A stretch of 64,000 nucleotides of DNA from Candidatus Marinacidobacterales bacterium (lineage in GTDB: Bacteria; Acidobacteriota; Vicinamibacteria; Marinacidobacterales; SMYC01). Shown here piece by piece: positions 50,531-59,560 of this stretch. Where the stretch lies: the NCBI GenBank assembly GCA_965224085.1, contig CBDCYI010000009.1, forward strand, positions 288,001 through 352,000. The letters run 5' to 3'. Made by a program: the position numbers and the translations under genes. How positions within the stretch are numbered: position 1 is the first letter of the stretch; each line of letters starts with the position of its first letter. The notes below the pieces were generated by a model that was not told the origin of the DNA, ran no database searches, and worked only from the letters and a program-made list of their open reading frames with translations.

Positions 50531-51119
50531 GAGCTGCGACAACCCGGGTGCGCGCGCTGAGCCCGTCGGTGAAAAGGCGGGCGAGCTCCTCGCGCCCGAA
50601 GGGTTTCGGCGTCGGCGTCGGCGTGGGCGTCGGCGTGGGCGTCGGCGTGGGCGTGTCAATGCGCCGCACGTCGAAGCCCAACCGCTTCGCCTGCAGGTCC
50701 CAAGCGACGTTGTTCGTCGGATGATTCTCGCTCCAGAGCACGACCTCGTCGCCCGCACCGAGATCGAGCCCGGTGATAACGGTGCTGTTGGCCTCACTCG
50801 TGTTACGCTCGAGTGCTATCTCTTCCGGCTGCGCGCGAAGGTGCTCTGCTACTTTCGCGCGCGAGTCCTCGAGCAAGCCCGCGAACTTCGCGCGATTGGT
50901 GTACGAGACGTCGTGGTCGATGTCCTGCGTCAGCGCTTCCACCTGCTCCGAAACGACGCGCGGCGACGGGCAAAGATTACCCGCGTTGAGCGGTACGCGG
51001 CTCTCGGAGAAGGGAAACTGCCGGCGGATCATCTCCCAATAGCGCTCGCCTGGATCGGCCGCCACAGGAAAAGCATTCGCGGCGAGAACAGATTTGAGAA
51101 ATGCGCGCCGGGAGCTCAT
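50530..51119 (-). pseudogene. Tat-exported class V aminotransferase, 3'-truncated
   Basis: SRRAFLK Tat motif, LNAGNLCPSP, EEIALERNTSEAN and ENHPTN. Similarity ends after RTRVVA, before the PLP-lysine region. Confidence 0.7.
50608..50655. repeat. Hexanucleotide tandem repeat (GGCGTS)x8 encoding (Thr-Pro)8
   Basis: GGCGTC GGCGTC GGCGTG GGCGTC GGCGTG GGCGTC GGCGTG GGCGTG. Confidence 0.9.
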
Positions 51120-52066
51120 GGGTCCCATGCGTCTATACTCAGCACGATATTTCCTCGAGCACCGGGCTCCATGACTTTTCGATGCGCTTCGGCGGCGTCG
51201 TCCAAACTGAGTTTGGTACCCACGATCGGTCGCAGCGAGCTGTTCTCGAGCCCTGTATAGATACTTCGATGGGTTGCCTGGAGCTCTTCGGAACTCGCGT
51301 TGAGGAGCACCATCCCAACAATGGAGGCTTCCCGAGCCATGGCGTCCCGCGGGTTAATCTCGACCGTGCCGCGGCTTCCAATGATAACGACCCGCCCGCC
51401 GCGGGAAAGTACTCGAAGATCTTTGCCGAGATTCACGTTGGCGAGCATCTCCAGGATGACGTCGACGCCCTCGCCGCCGGTTTGCTCCATCAGGGCGTCC
51501 AAGTAATCCGAAGCGTTGTGGTCGAGTACGTGATGCGCCCCTTCGCGCGCGACGAGCTCGCGTCCCTCGGGCGTTCCCCCGGTCCCGATGACGGTCATCC
51601 CTGCGCCGCGGGCAAGCTGCACTGCCGCGGTGCCGACGCCGCCGCTCGCACCGTGAACGAGCACCGTCTCTTCCGGCTGAGCGTGCGCGCGCGCAAAAAG
51701 AGCGCGATGCGCTGTGCCATAGGGAACCGCGATCGCGGCACCTTCAGCAAAGGAAACGCTCCCGGGTAGCGGGTAGAGATTCTCGCTATCGCAGACGGCG
51801 AGCTCCGCACAGCTCCCCGTAGCGGTGCCACCGAAGTAAACGCGTTCACCGGTGCCTTCGACGATACCGGCGCCATCGAAGCCCGGCGTATACGGAAGCT
51901 CGGGCTTGAACGCATAGGTCCCAGAGCGGATATACGTGTCGACAGGGTTTATGCCAGCGGCCCGCACACGGACGAGAACTTGCCCGCAGCCTGGCTCGGG
52001 TTCCGCTACGTTCTCGAGCTTCAGGACTTCGGGTCCTCCAAATTCGTGGACTCGGATGGCTTTCAT
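51116..52066 (-). CDS. qor: NADPH:quinone reductase (zeta-crystallin family)
   Basis: GGPEVL, GINPVD, PYTPGFDGAG and VHGASGGVG. Confidence 0.88.
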   Translation of the reverse strand: MKAIRVHEFGGPEVLKLENVAEPEPGCGQVLVRVRAAGINPVDTYIRSGTYAFKPELPYTPGFDGAGIVEGTGERVYFGGTATGSCAELAVCDSENLYPLPGSVSFAEGAAIAVPYGTAHRALFARAHAQPEETVLVHGASGGVGTAAVQLARGAGMTVIGTGGTPEGRELVAREGAHHVLDHNASDYLDALMEQTGGEGVDVILEMLANVNLGKDLRVLSRGGRVVIIGSRGTVEINPRDAMAREASIVGMVLLNASSEELQATHRSIYTGLENSSLRPIVGTKLSLDDAAEAHRKVMEPGARGNIVLSIDAWDP

Positions 52067-52648
52067 ACATCGAAATGTATCACTTTCCGCCGACGCGCGA
52101 CGCGCGCCGCACTAGGCTGCCTTGTAACGCTAACAGAGCCATCGGACAAAACAGATTGCCAAAAAAAGACCACCGCATTGAGGACGACGAGGAACCCCTC
52201 CGTGTGAGGGGGCAGCAGAGCTCGGATAAACAATATTCCTGTCGAAACGAGCCAGCCCCGCGACAACGGACGCGGCCGCGTCTTGCAGCAGCAGCAACCA
52301 GGGTGGCCAAACAAACACAAACAGGATTAGCGTCGCCCCGAAGAATGCTCCGACCTTCTTTGGTCCGCTAATAAGCCCGCCGCCTCTGGCGGCGTGACCC
52401 GAAGAGCTTCGAGCGATCCGGCGCGTGCTAGGTTCCCTCTCCGGGGAGACCCTGTCGGGGCCTCCGAAAGGAGAACCTGCATGCACGAATGGAAAAGCCT
52501 TCGCATGTGCGATGGGAATGCAAGTACAACGTGGTGAGCTGCATGGTGGAAGTATTCGAGTCGCGAGAGCAATAGTCCAGCGACGAGGAAGCTCGCTGCC
52601 CGACCCATGTGGAATGAAACTCTCATCTCGCATTGCTTCGAAATGGTG

Positions 52649-52733
52649 GCTCAACGTCGAGCTCAGCTGCGAGCGGCGTCATAGAGCGTACTAAGAATGT
52701 GTAGCGGGTCGTCGGCTGCACCGGTAGTTATAC
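52649..52733 (+). other. Degenerate integron attC-like recombination site
   Basis: GCTCAAC (RYYYAAC), 5-nt spacer, GCTCAGCTGCGA ... TCGTCGGCTGCACC, spacer, GTTATAC. The arms are imperfectly complementary with unpaired extra bases. Confidence 0.45.
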
Positions 52734-53033
52734 AACTCCCCGTCGCCGTTGTCGCGTTCGTCACAGCGTGAGATATTCGCTGACAAAACGCCAGATCCAT
52801 TGGTAGCGAGCTCCTTCGTCCGAACGCAGGGGATTCTAAGTCCCCGGACTGGGCGGGACTACGACGTCCGATCGTCCCATCTGACATCAGGTCAGCATAT
52901 ACGCATGTTAGACTAACTTTCGGCTACGCCAAGACGTGAGAGAGATTGAAGTTCTCCTTGTGCAGAACCGGGCGGCACGTCTGCCGCGCCAGATCCCGGC
53001 GAATTCGTGTGCAAGGCAATAGCCCGGGCCAGA

Positions 53034-53318
53034 ATGTTTCCACGGATATCGAAACGCCTTCGCGAGCTCGTCCGAACGAAGCAGTACTTGATGACGCTGC
53101 ACGCAGAAGAGGAAATGGACGAAGACGGTTGAGCATATTCGATGTCGAGAATTGCCTGCTGAGCGGCGAGATAATTGAACGCCAAAAAGATCAAGCAACC
53201 ACAGAGTGGAAGTATCTCGTCTGCGGCGGAACATTGGAATGAGAGCAAGCAAATCGTGGTCGTGGCCAAGTTTTCGCCAACCGGCAAGTTGGTTATCATT
53301 ACAGTATATGAAGAATAG
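53034..53318 (+). pseudogene. DUF4258-family toxin with two frameshifts
   Basis: Three frames reconstruct MFPRISKRLRELVRTKQYLMTLHAEEEMDEDG/LSIFDVENCLLSGEIIERQKD...KYLVCG/..IVVVAKFSPTGKLVIITVYEE*. Confidence 0.7.
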
Positions 53319-53571
53319 GAAGAATTCCTCGCCCCTCGCCTGCGATCTGTGCGGCGGGCGCGGAGCCAAAATCCGTTACGTCACTCGAAGCTACGGGAAG
53401 GGTGCCAATTTGCTGGTGATCGAGAATGTTCCAGTCGTCAGCTGCCCCAATTGTGGTGAGAGCTATGTCACCGCGGAAACACTTCATGAGCTCGAACGCA
53501 TCAAGACACATCGACGTTCCCTGGCAAAGAAGAGAAACGTCCCTATCGCAAGTTTCCCAAGATCTGCTTGA
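53308..53571 (+). CDS. YgiT-type zinc-finger (MqsA-like) antitoxin
   Basis: CDLCGG ... LLVIENVP.VSCPNCGESY, overlapping the end of the DUF4258 gene. Confidence 0.75.
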   Translation: MKNRKNSSPLACDLCGGRGAKIRYVTRSYGKGANLLVIENVPVVSCPNCGESYVTAETLHELERIKTHRRSLAKKRNVPIASFPRSA

Positions 53572-53609
53572 TCACTTGATTCTCGTCGCGATCGAGTTTG
53601 TGCACCCCA

Positions 53610-54328
53610 CGGGAAGCGCCGTAGAGAAAGACCGCGATCCAGACAGCGGTCTCACCGACATACATCGCGCGCGGAATCGTGCGTCCCGGGTTCTTGAGCT
53701 CCGCGGCGAGCGGCGTCACGAACTCACAACCGACGAACAAAAAAAAGCGCGAGACCCACGAGCGAAAGCGTCGAGATGAGATCGATGCCCACCTGCGGTG
53801 CACCGAAAGGCCCGCGAGGTCAGCGACAGGCTCGCGCACGACCCCCGCGATGCCGAACAGACAGAGTGTTCCCCATATGAAGGCCGTCATCGCGACCTCG
53901 AATTTCGCGTAGAGATCGATACCGAGCCCGTTCACGACCGCAAAGAACATAACGAGGCCCACGCCAATTTTCCACGAGCCCCCGTCGGCCATTCCTGAGA
54001 AGGCCGCGAAGTTCACGCTGGCAAACACCCCCGCTACCGCGACCTCGGCGGTTCCAGCGAAGATGTGTACGATCAGATAGCCGGAGAGCGTCCCGGTGAT
54101 AGCGGGAAACCGGCCGAGCCCGCAACTGATGTAATCGTACACGGAGGCAGCGGTAGGTATCATCCCAGCTGCTTCGGCGAAGCTCGCCGTCTGTGCCAGC
54201 ATGAGAACGAAAGCGATAGCGACCGCGAGCGCAAGAGTGCCGCCGCGGATCCCGAACCCGGTTGTCGCGGTGAGTAAGACCGAGCCAGCGATGATGAGGC
54301 CGACCGCGGTCGAGCGCAGCTCGGTCAC
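53610..54328 (-). pseudogene. APC-family amino acid permease, frameshifted and 3'-truncated
   Basis: TAVGLII, SFAEAAGMIP and FLFVGCEF..PLAAELKNPGRTIPRAM are present, with only about half the TM helices. Confidence 0.7.
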
Positions 54329-55278
54329 GCGTGCACCCTGGGGAAAGCTGCCCGAACCTCGTCGTAGAGGGGACCGACATCTTTCTCGTAGCGTTTGGAG
54401 AAATGAAACGGCACGAGCGTGCGAACATCCGCCGCGGAAGCGATCTCGCCACAAGCACGCGCCGTAAGGTGCTGCGTCGCCCGCGCAAGATGGGCGTCTT
54501 TCGAATGAAACGTCGCCTCGCAAATAAAAATAGCGGCTTCTCGCGCGAGCGCGGCCAGCCTTTGTCGATTCGACGCGTTGTCGTCGAGATCGGTTGCATA
54601 GCAAAGCTTGCTTCCTGGACACTCGAGCACGAGCTCGCGCGCGAGCGACTCCACGCACCGTGAGCTCCCATCCGCAAGCTCGACCTGGGCGTCGCGCTCG
54701 CCGCGATGAAGATGCGTCTTGAGCTTGCCCAGCCACGCGCCCGGGTCGTAGCCGCCCCTTACGAGAGCGTCCTTTCTCACTTGAAACACGCGCGCCTCCT
54801 CGAGGGCAAAGGCGAGAACCGGGATCCCGTGATCGAGCGTCGTCACCCGCACACGGAACGCTGCTTCGTCCACTAGGACGCCATGGACGAGCGGCTGCGT
54901 CCCCAAAGGATCGAGCCCATCCACGCCGACTTTGAGACGGTAGCTCACGGTCGCGCTCTCTCCCACTTCCGTGAGCTCGAAGACCGGCCCGCGCTCACCG
55001 ATGCGATCCCAATGGATGCCGGCGAGCATCCCTCGGATATGCCCCACGAGTCCCGGTGGTTCGAAGAGGCGCCGCGGCACGGGCGAGCCGAGACACGAGC
55101 GTAAAAACCAGAGAAATCCGCCGATATGATCGAAGTGCGCGTGCGAGATGAAAACATCCGAGACTTGATGCACGATGCGCGCGGGAAGACGCGCGGAGTC
55201 TCCGAGATCGAAGAGAAGGCTGCGTTTTTGATTGCGCAGTCGAATGTGGAGGAGCGGGTCGCCGAAGACGCCGTTCAC
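54325..55278 (-). CDS. RNase Z-like MBL-fold nuclease domain
   Basis: NGVFGDP, LLFDLG, SHAHFDH, LDHG, YATD, CEATF, HLTA and PFHFSKRY. The frame stays open upstream to 55380 and has no obvious start of its own. Confidence 0.75.
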   Translation of the reverse strand: MNGVFGDPLLHIRLRNQKRSLLFDLGDSARLPARIVHQVSDVFISHAHFDHIGGFLWFLRSCLGSPVPRRLFEPPGLVGHIRGMLAGIHWDRIGERGPVFELTEVGESATVSYRLKVGVDGLDPLGTQPLVHGVLVDEAAFRVRVTTLDHGIPVLAFALEEARVFQVRKDALVRGGYDPGAWLGKLKTHLHRGERDAQVELADGSSRCVESLARELVLECPGSKLCYATDLDDNASNRQRLAALAREAAIFICEATFHSKDAHLARATQHLTARACGEIASAADVRTLVPFHFSKRYEKDVGPLYDEVRAAFPRVHA

Positions 55279-55380
55279 GAGAACCGCCTTGGCCGAGGAC
55301 AGACTCAGGGTCCGCGACGCCGCGATAACGTAGTCCTTTGCCTCTAGATCGGGCTGCGTGTCGCCCGCTGAAATCGGGGC

Positions 55381-56169
55381 TCAGCGATCCGTCGCTAACA
55401 AGCCGTCGGTCGATCGCCGCGCGTCCCGCGTCAGAAGTGCACGCACGTCCTGTTTGTCGAACGACGCGGCTTTCACCAGAAGCTTCTGTCCCTCGATCCC
55501 GAGAGCCTCGCCGAGCACGAGCGTTCTCTGCTGCGCATCCAAGAGAGCAACTTGCCGTCCCGGCCACGCCTCGATCGCTTCGACCGACGGAGGCGCGCCC
55601 AAAAGGCTCACATCGTCCAATGCGACGGCCGACGTCGTGGCGCCATCGAGATAGTCGTCCCAGAGGCCTGTGCGGCCTGTCCGGTTACGCGACGGGTCCT
55701 GCTCACCCGCAACGGCGAGCCACTCGACACCGCCGGTCGCGAGCTCGTGGACGAGCGCCGCCTCTGCCTCCTCCGAGCCCACGAGAACCGCTCCGGCACC
55801 TAGAAGCGTGACAGCGCCCGTGACGAGCTCCGCTGCCGCCATGCCTCGCGTGATCCCCGGCAGCTGAACCAAAGCGCCGCCGGAGACGGCCCGCTTTAGC
55901 GCGATGAGAAGCGGCAGTCGGAACCTTGCGGCGTCGAGCGTGCAGAGAGCCTCTACGCGGATGAGTTGCCACCCTCCACCTTCGTAGCCCCCGGTACCGA
56001 TAGCCCCGGGGGCGCCGAACAGAGGAGCGCCGATATCGGCGGTCACCACGACGCGACCTGAGGCGCGCGCCAGCTCGGCCACGAAAGACCGGGAGACCCC
56101 GAGAAGGAGACCCGGGCCCGACGCGCCCGACGCGGATGCCAAACGCTCCGCGACGGCGTCAGGGGTCAT
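55381..56169 (-). CDS. Degenerate Clp1/Grc3-like polynucleotide-kinase-related domain, in frame with the downstream RNase Z-like domain
   Basis: VTADIGAPLFGAPGAI resembles the Clp1 D.GQ...G.PG.I segment, followed by ...PGITRG..A and GRQVALLD....LVLG. No intact Walker A motif. Ends at a TGA in the same frame as the next ORF. Confidence 0.5.
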   Translation of the reverse strand: MTPDAVAERLASASGASGPGLLLGVSRSFVAELARASGRVVVTADIGAPLFGAPGAIGTGGYEGGGWQLIRVEALCTLDAARFRLPLLIALKRAVSGGALVQLPGITRGMAAAELVTGAVTLLGAGAVLVGSEEAEAALVHELATGGVEWLAVAGEQDPSRNRTGRTGLWDDYLDGATTSAVALDDVSLLGAPPSVEAIEAWPGRQVALLDAQQRTLVLGEALGIEGQKLLVKAASFDKQDVRALLTRDARRSTDGLLATDR

Positions 56170-56170
56170 T

Positions 56171-56330
56171 CTATTGCGACGCGTTCTCGACGAGACGCCT
56201 CGGTAACGGGAAAGGCGCGAACATTGCGTCACCCTCGAGGATCTTCTCTTCGATCAACTCCAACGTGTCCCCATCGTAGATTTTGAGCCGGTCGCCCACG
56301 CCTCCGACGATGAGCTTCGAGCCATCCTCG
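56171..56330 (-). pseudogene. C-terminal fragment of a beta-propeller protein (quinohemoprotein amine dehydrogenase beta-subunit-like)
   Basis: SEDGSKLIVGGVGDRLKIYDGDTLELI...LEGD, fused out of frame to the upstream remnant. Confidence 0.4.
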
Positions 56331-56610
56331 GAACTTGGACGTGTCGATTGTCGCGACGGCTCCGGCCGCATAGAGAGCCGCCGTTGTACCGGTGAACCAT
56401 GTCGGGAACAACATCGCGTTGGAGCGCTGCGCTCAGCGTCCCTTCGGTACGATAGCCGAGCTTCGCGTCACGAAGAACCGCACCGCTTTCGAGCATCAAG
56501 TCACCAATCGCTGCGATTTGTAAAGGCGGCGGCTGTGCGGCGCGCGCGCTCGCGGAGATGATGACCGCCAGCGCTGCTGCAGCTTTAATCCATTTCCCCG
56601 TCACGCTCAT
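56330..56610 (-). pseudogene. N-terminal fragment of a secreted homoserine O-acetyltransferase-like alpha/beta hydrolase
   Basis: Signal peptide, IGDLMLESGAVLRDAKLGYRTEGTL, a frameshift, then NAMLFPTWFTG...IDTSKF, where it is cut. Confidence 0.6.
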
Positions 56611-57164
56611 CGCCTGAGAATCGGATAAAACTGCGTGAACACGTTATCGACCGCGCCGTGCTCCTCGTGGCAGTCGAAGCAGCGCGCCTTCGGAAAAGGC
56701 GACGCGGTCGCGCCCGTGAAGGTGACGTAACCCCATTTTTCCTCGAACCGTTCGCTGTCTTTGATCGCCGCCGAAAGTCCGACGAAGGCGTCTTCGAAAT
56801 AGCCTCCGGTCAACTCGGATTTCGGCTCCCGAGTTCCCGTCTCGTAGGTCTCCATCGCAAGGATGGTCTTTTCCGGAAAGACACCGTTCTCCATGAAATA
56901 GTCATAAGCCTCGGGCTGGATATAGACGTTGTGGAAGCTGCCCGGGCCTTCGTCTTCGGCCTCGCCGTCTTTCGTGTAGCGTAGCCCAAGAGAAGCTCCG
57001 ACGAACACCCAGCGGCGATATCCTTCCGGCCGAAGCATGTCGCCCGCGGCGTCATATTCTGGGGCGGTCATGTCCTCGCGCCCGCTGGCCGCTTTCGAGA
57101 CTTCGATGCCACAGCCAGCACCGGCCAGAATAGCCAGCAGCAGCACAATGGATTGGATTTGCAT
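56607..57164 (-). CDS. Cytochrome P460/c'-beta family lipoprotein
   Basis: Lipobox-like GAGC, RPEGYRRWVFVG, FHNVYI, FPEKTIL, KDS.RF, C-terminal CFDCH and VFTQFYP. Confidence 0.75.
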   Translation of the reverse strand: MQIQSIVLLLAILAGAGCGIEVSKAASGREDMTAPEYDAAGDMLRPEGYRRWVFVGASLGLRYTKDGEAEDEGPGSFHNVYIQPEAYDYFMENGVFPEKTILAMETYETGTREPKSELTGGYFEDAFVGLSAAIKDSERFEEKWGYVTFTGATASPFPKARCFDCHEEHGAVDNVFTQFYPILRR

Positions 57165-57281
57165 GCCTCTATGTAACACGAAGAAGCAGCATCTGACTAC
57201 GTCGTGATGGGCACGCTTGCGTGGCTCCGGGCGCCGCGTTTAAATCGCATCCAAACCGAAGAATCGACCGCGTTAGCGATG

Positions 57282-58157
57282 TCAGTCGGTTTTTGAGGGC
57301 TCGAGCTTCTTCCCGGGACGCGACGCATCTCGGTACATAATGTCGTAGCTCATACCGGGCGCGGTTGGGAGCTTTTTGATCATGCGCTCGTACTCGTCTA
57401 GCACCTTCGGCACATAGTCGCGCGTCTCCGCCGACGCCCTATGGCTGCGGGCGCGATAGAAGTCGGCATTGACGGGGCCGCCGTTATATTCCGCAAGCGC
57501 CATCCCGACATCGTTGTAGGTCGTCATGAGCACGTCCAGATAGAGCGCCGCCATCTCGGTATTTCGGCGGGAGTCGAACAGCATATCGTCGGTATAGGTC
57601 CAGCCGAGCATGCCCGCCAGCATCCGACCCGTTGAGGGCCAAATCTGGTAGAGGCCCCGCGCATCGGCATGACTGCGAGCGTCCGTCTGAAACCGGCTCT
57701 CCACGATGCCCACCGAAAGAAGAAGCACCGGATCCACGGAGGGATACTTGTCCGTAGCCGCCATCAGAAGCTCCGCTTAGTTATAGGCTTCGCCGAGACT
57801 GATCTCTTCGTTCACGCGCAAGATCTCGTCGCGAATGCCGAGTAGTAGCTGTTGGCGCGTCGAGTCGAATTGAACGCTGGCCTTGAGCTCCTGCAAACCC
57901 GCTTGCATCTCGCCGACAGTGTCCCGCAGGCGATCTTCGAGAACGATCGCGCGCTGGAAGGCGTAAAAGGCCAGCCCGATCGCCGCAACGAAGAGCACGC
58001 ACAGACTGAACAAGGCCGTCGACTGCCATGCCATGCTTCGTACCGGCGGGCGCCTCGGGAGCGTTTTCGGCCTACGGCGCTCTACCGCGGGTCGCGACTC
58101 TTGCTTTTTTTCAGTTAGCTCGAGCACTTCTCCCCCCGCTTCGTTGAGGTTGAGCAT
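57282..58157 (-). pseudogene. Membrane-anchored lytic transglycosylase (SLT) interrupted by an in-frame TAA
   Basis: The TM/coiled-coil ORF and the SLT ORF (VESRF, ARGLYQI, ALAEYNGG, ET..YV.KV) share a frame and are separated only by TAA at 57777-57779. Confidence 0.7.
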
Positions 58158-58240
58158 TGGGAAAAATCTCCCTTTAATGGACTCGAAAGATCGAATTTTG
58201 CTATCCGATCAGTATGCAGGGCAGGGCCAAAACGCGCAAA

Positions 58241-59560
58241 TCAACCGCGATAGATTCCGTTCGCGACCAGGACGCGATATGCTGGGAACATCATGGAGGT
58301 GTTTCCCAACAGTCGACCGCCGAAAAGCGCCAAAACGGCACCAACAACACCCACCAAGTCCAGCACGCGGATGTTGAGGAACAAGAACCCCACGATGGCG
58401 GTGACCTCGATGAGGGTCGCGACGGTGACAGGGCGCGTATAGCGGCCGAAAACCAGGATGGAACGCTGAAACGCCAGGAGCACCGAGAAGAACGGGATCA
58501 AGCTGAACAATCGCAATGGGCGTATCGACAGTTCGACGAGCTCTTTCGAGAGTCCCGAAACAGTTTGGAACCAGATCCCCGCGAGCGGCGTGAACGCGAT
58601 GACGAAAAGTCCTACCGTCGCCGACACCCCAAGTGCGAACGCGAAGCGCGCGATGAGGCGAAAGTTCTCGCGCGTGCCGTCGAGTAGAGTGATCGCTACC
58701 TCCTGGTACGAAAGCGCCACGCTGCGAAAGATGAACGTGAGGGCGGTGACCACCGGGTAGACGGCGAGAGATTCGAGCGCCAAGCGGCTCTGTCCGAGTG
58801 AAAACGTCACCATCGGATGAACGGCGAGCGAGATCACGGACGTCAAGCCCAAAGGCAAATAGAAGTCGGCGATACGCCGATAGGTCAAGACATCCGGGCT
58901 AGGTTCAATCGCTCGAATGCGATCGGGAATGCGAAGCGCCATGAGCCTCGTCGCCAGCGACTCGAAGACGACACCCGACGAGAGCGACGCTGCGCCCACG
59001 AGCGCTCCGGGAAGCCGGAAATGAACGTAGAGCACGACAGCCGTCGTGGCCATCGTGACGATCCGAACCCCCGTGCCATAGGCGACGCGTCGCGTCATTT
59101 CGTGGCGGATGAGAAGACCTTGGTAAAAGCGCCGATAGCCGATCGCGGCCGGCCAGGGAAGTAGGAGCACCAGGGACTGATGCGTCAAGACAGCGACTTC
59201 AGCCGGGAGGCGAAGGACATCTCCCGCGAGCCAGTCGAACACCGGCTGCCAAATTACGACGGCCATGAGAAGCGTGATCAGAAGATTGAGCGCATAACTG
59301 AAGTTCCGCAGCTTTCGGAACGAGTCCCAGTCCTCGACGAGTGCCGCCGTCGCGCTCAAGATCATTATGATGGGAGCCTCAACGATGATGGCGAGCGCAA
59401 AGGCGACGCCATAGGCGGCGAGATTGAACGTCGGCTCGGGAAGGCGCGCGATCACCGCGGCAAGGAACGGTCCCTCGGCCGATATCATCAGCCAGGTGGC
59501 CGCGAGCGGCACCCAGAGACGAAAAATTCTTTCGTACGTTAGAGCGATGGGCGCTGGCAT
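58241..59560 (-). CDS. MATE/MOP-like polytopic membrane protein
   Basis: About 12 TM helices with an internal duplication (F..PLA..W..., LA.Y.V in both halves). Confidence 0.7.
   Translation of the reverse strand: MPAPIALTYERIFRLWVPLAATWLMISAEGPFLAAVIARLPEPTFNLAAYGVAFALAIIVEAPIIMILSATAALVEDWDSFRKLRNFSYALNLLITLLMAVVIWQPVFDWLAGDVLRLPAEVAVLTHQSLVLLLPWPAAIGYRRFYQGLLIRHEMTRRVAYGTGVRIVTMATTAVVLYVHFRLPGALVGAASLSSGVVFESLATRLMALRIPDRIRAIEPSPDVLTYRRIADFYLPLGLTSVISLAVHPMVTFSLGQSRLALESLAVYPVVTALTFIFRSVALSYQEVAITLLDGTRENFRLIARFAFALGVSATVGLFVIAFTPLAGIWFQTVSGLSKELVELSIRPLRLFSLIPFFSVLLAFQRSILVFGRYTRPVTVATLIEVTAIVGFLFLNIRVLDLVGVVGAVLALFGGRLLGNTSMMFPAYRVLVANGIYRG

Noticed and set aside
52100-52640. Possible membrane-protein gene(s) on the minus strand
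   Set aside because: Hydrophobic stretches are scattered over several frames. Probably a decayed gene, but no family could be assigned.
55381-55383. Selenocysteine at the in-frame UGA
   Set aside because: The codon falls in an inter-domain linker rather than at a Cys-type catalytic position, and I could not identify a convincing bacterial SECIS downstream.
56607-57164. Hydroxylamine oxidation or nitrification inferred from cytochrome P460
   Set aside because: The family includes non-catalytic c'-beta members. The cross-linking Lys cannot be confirmed without an alignment, and no amo/hao genes are present.
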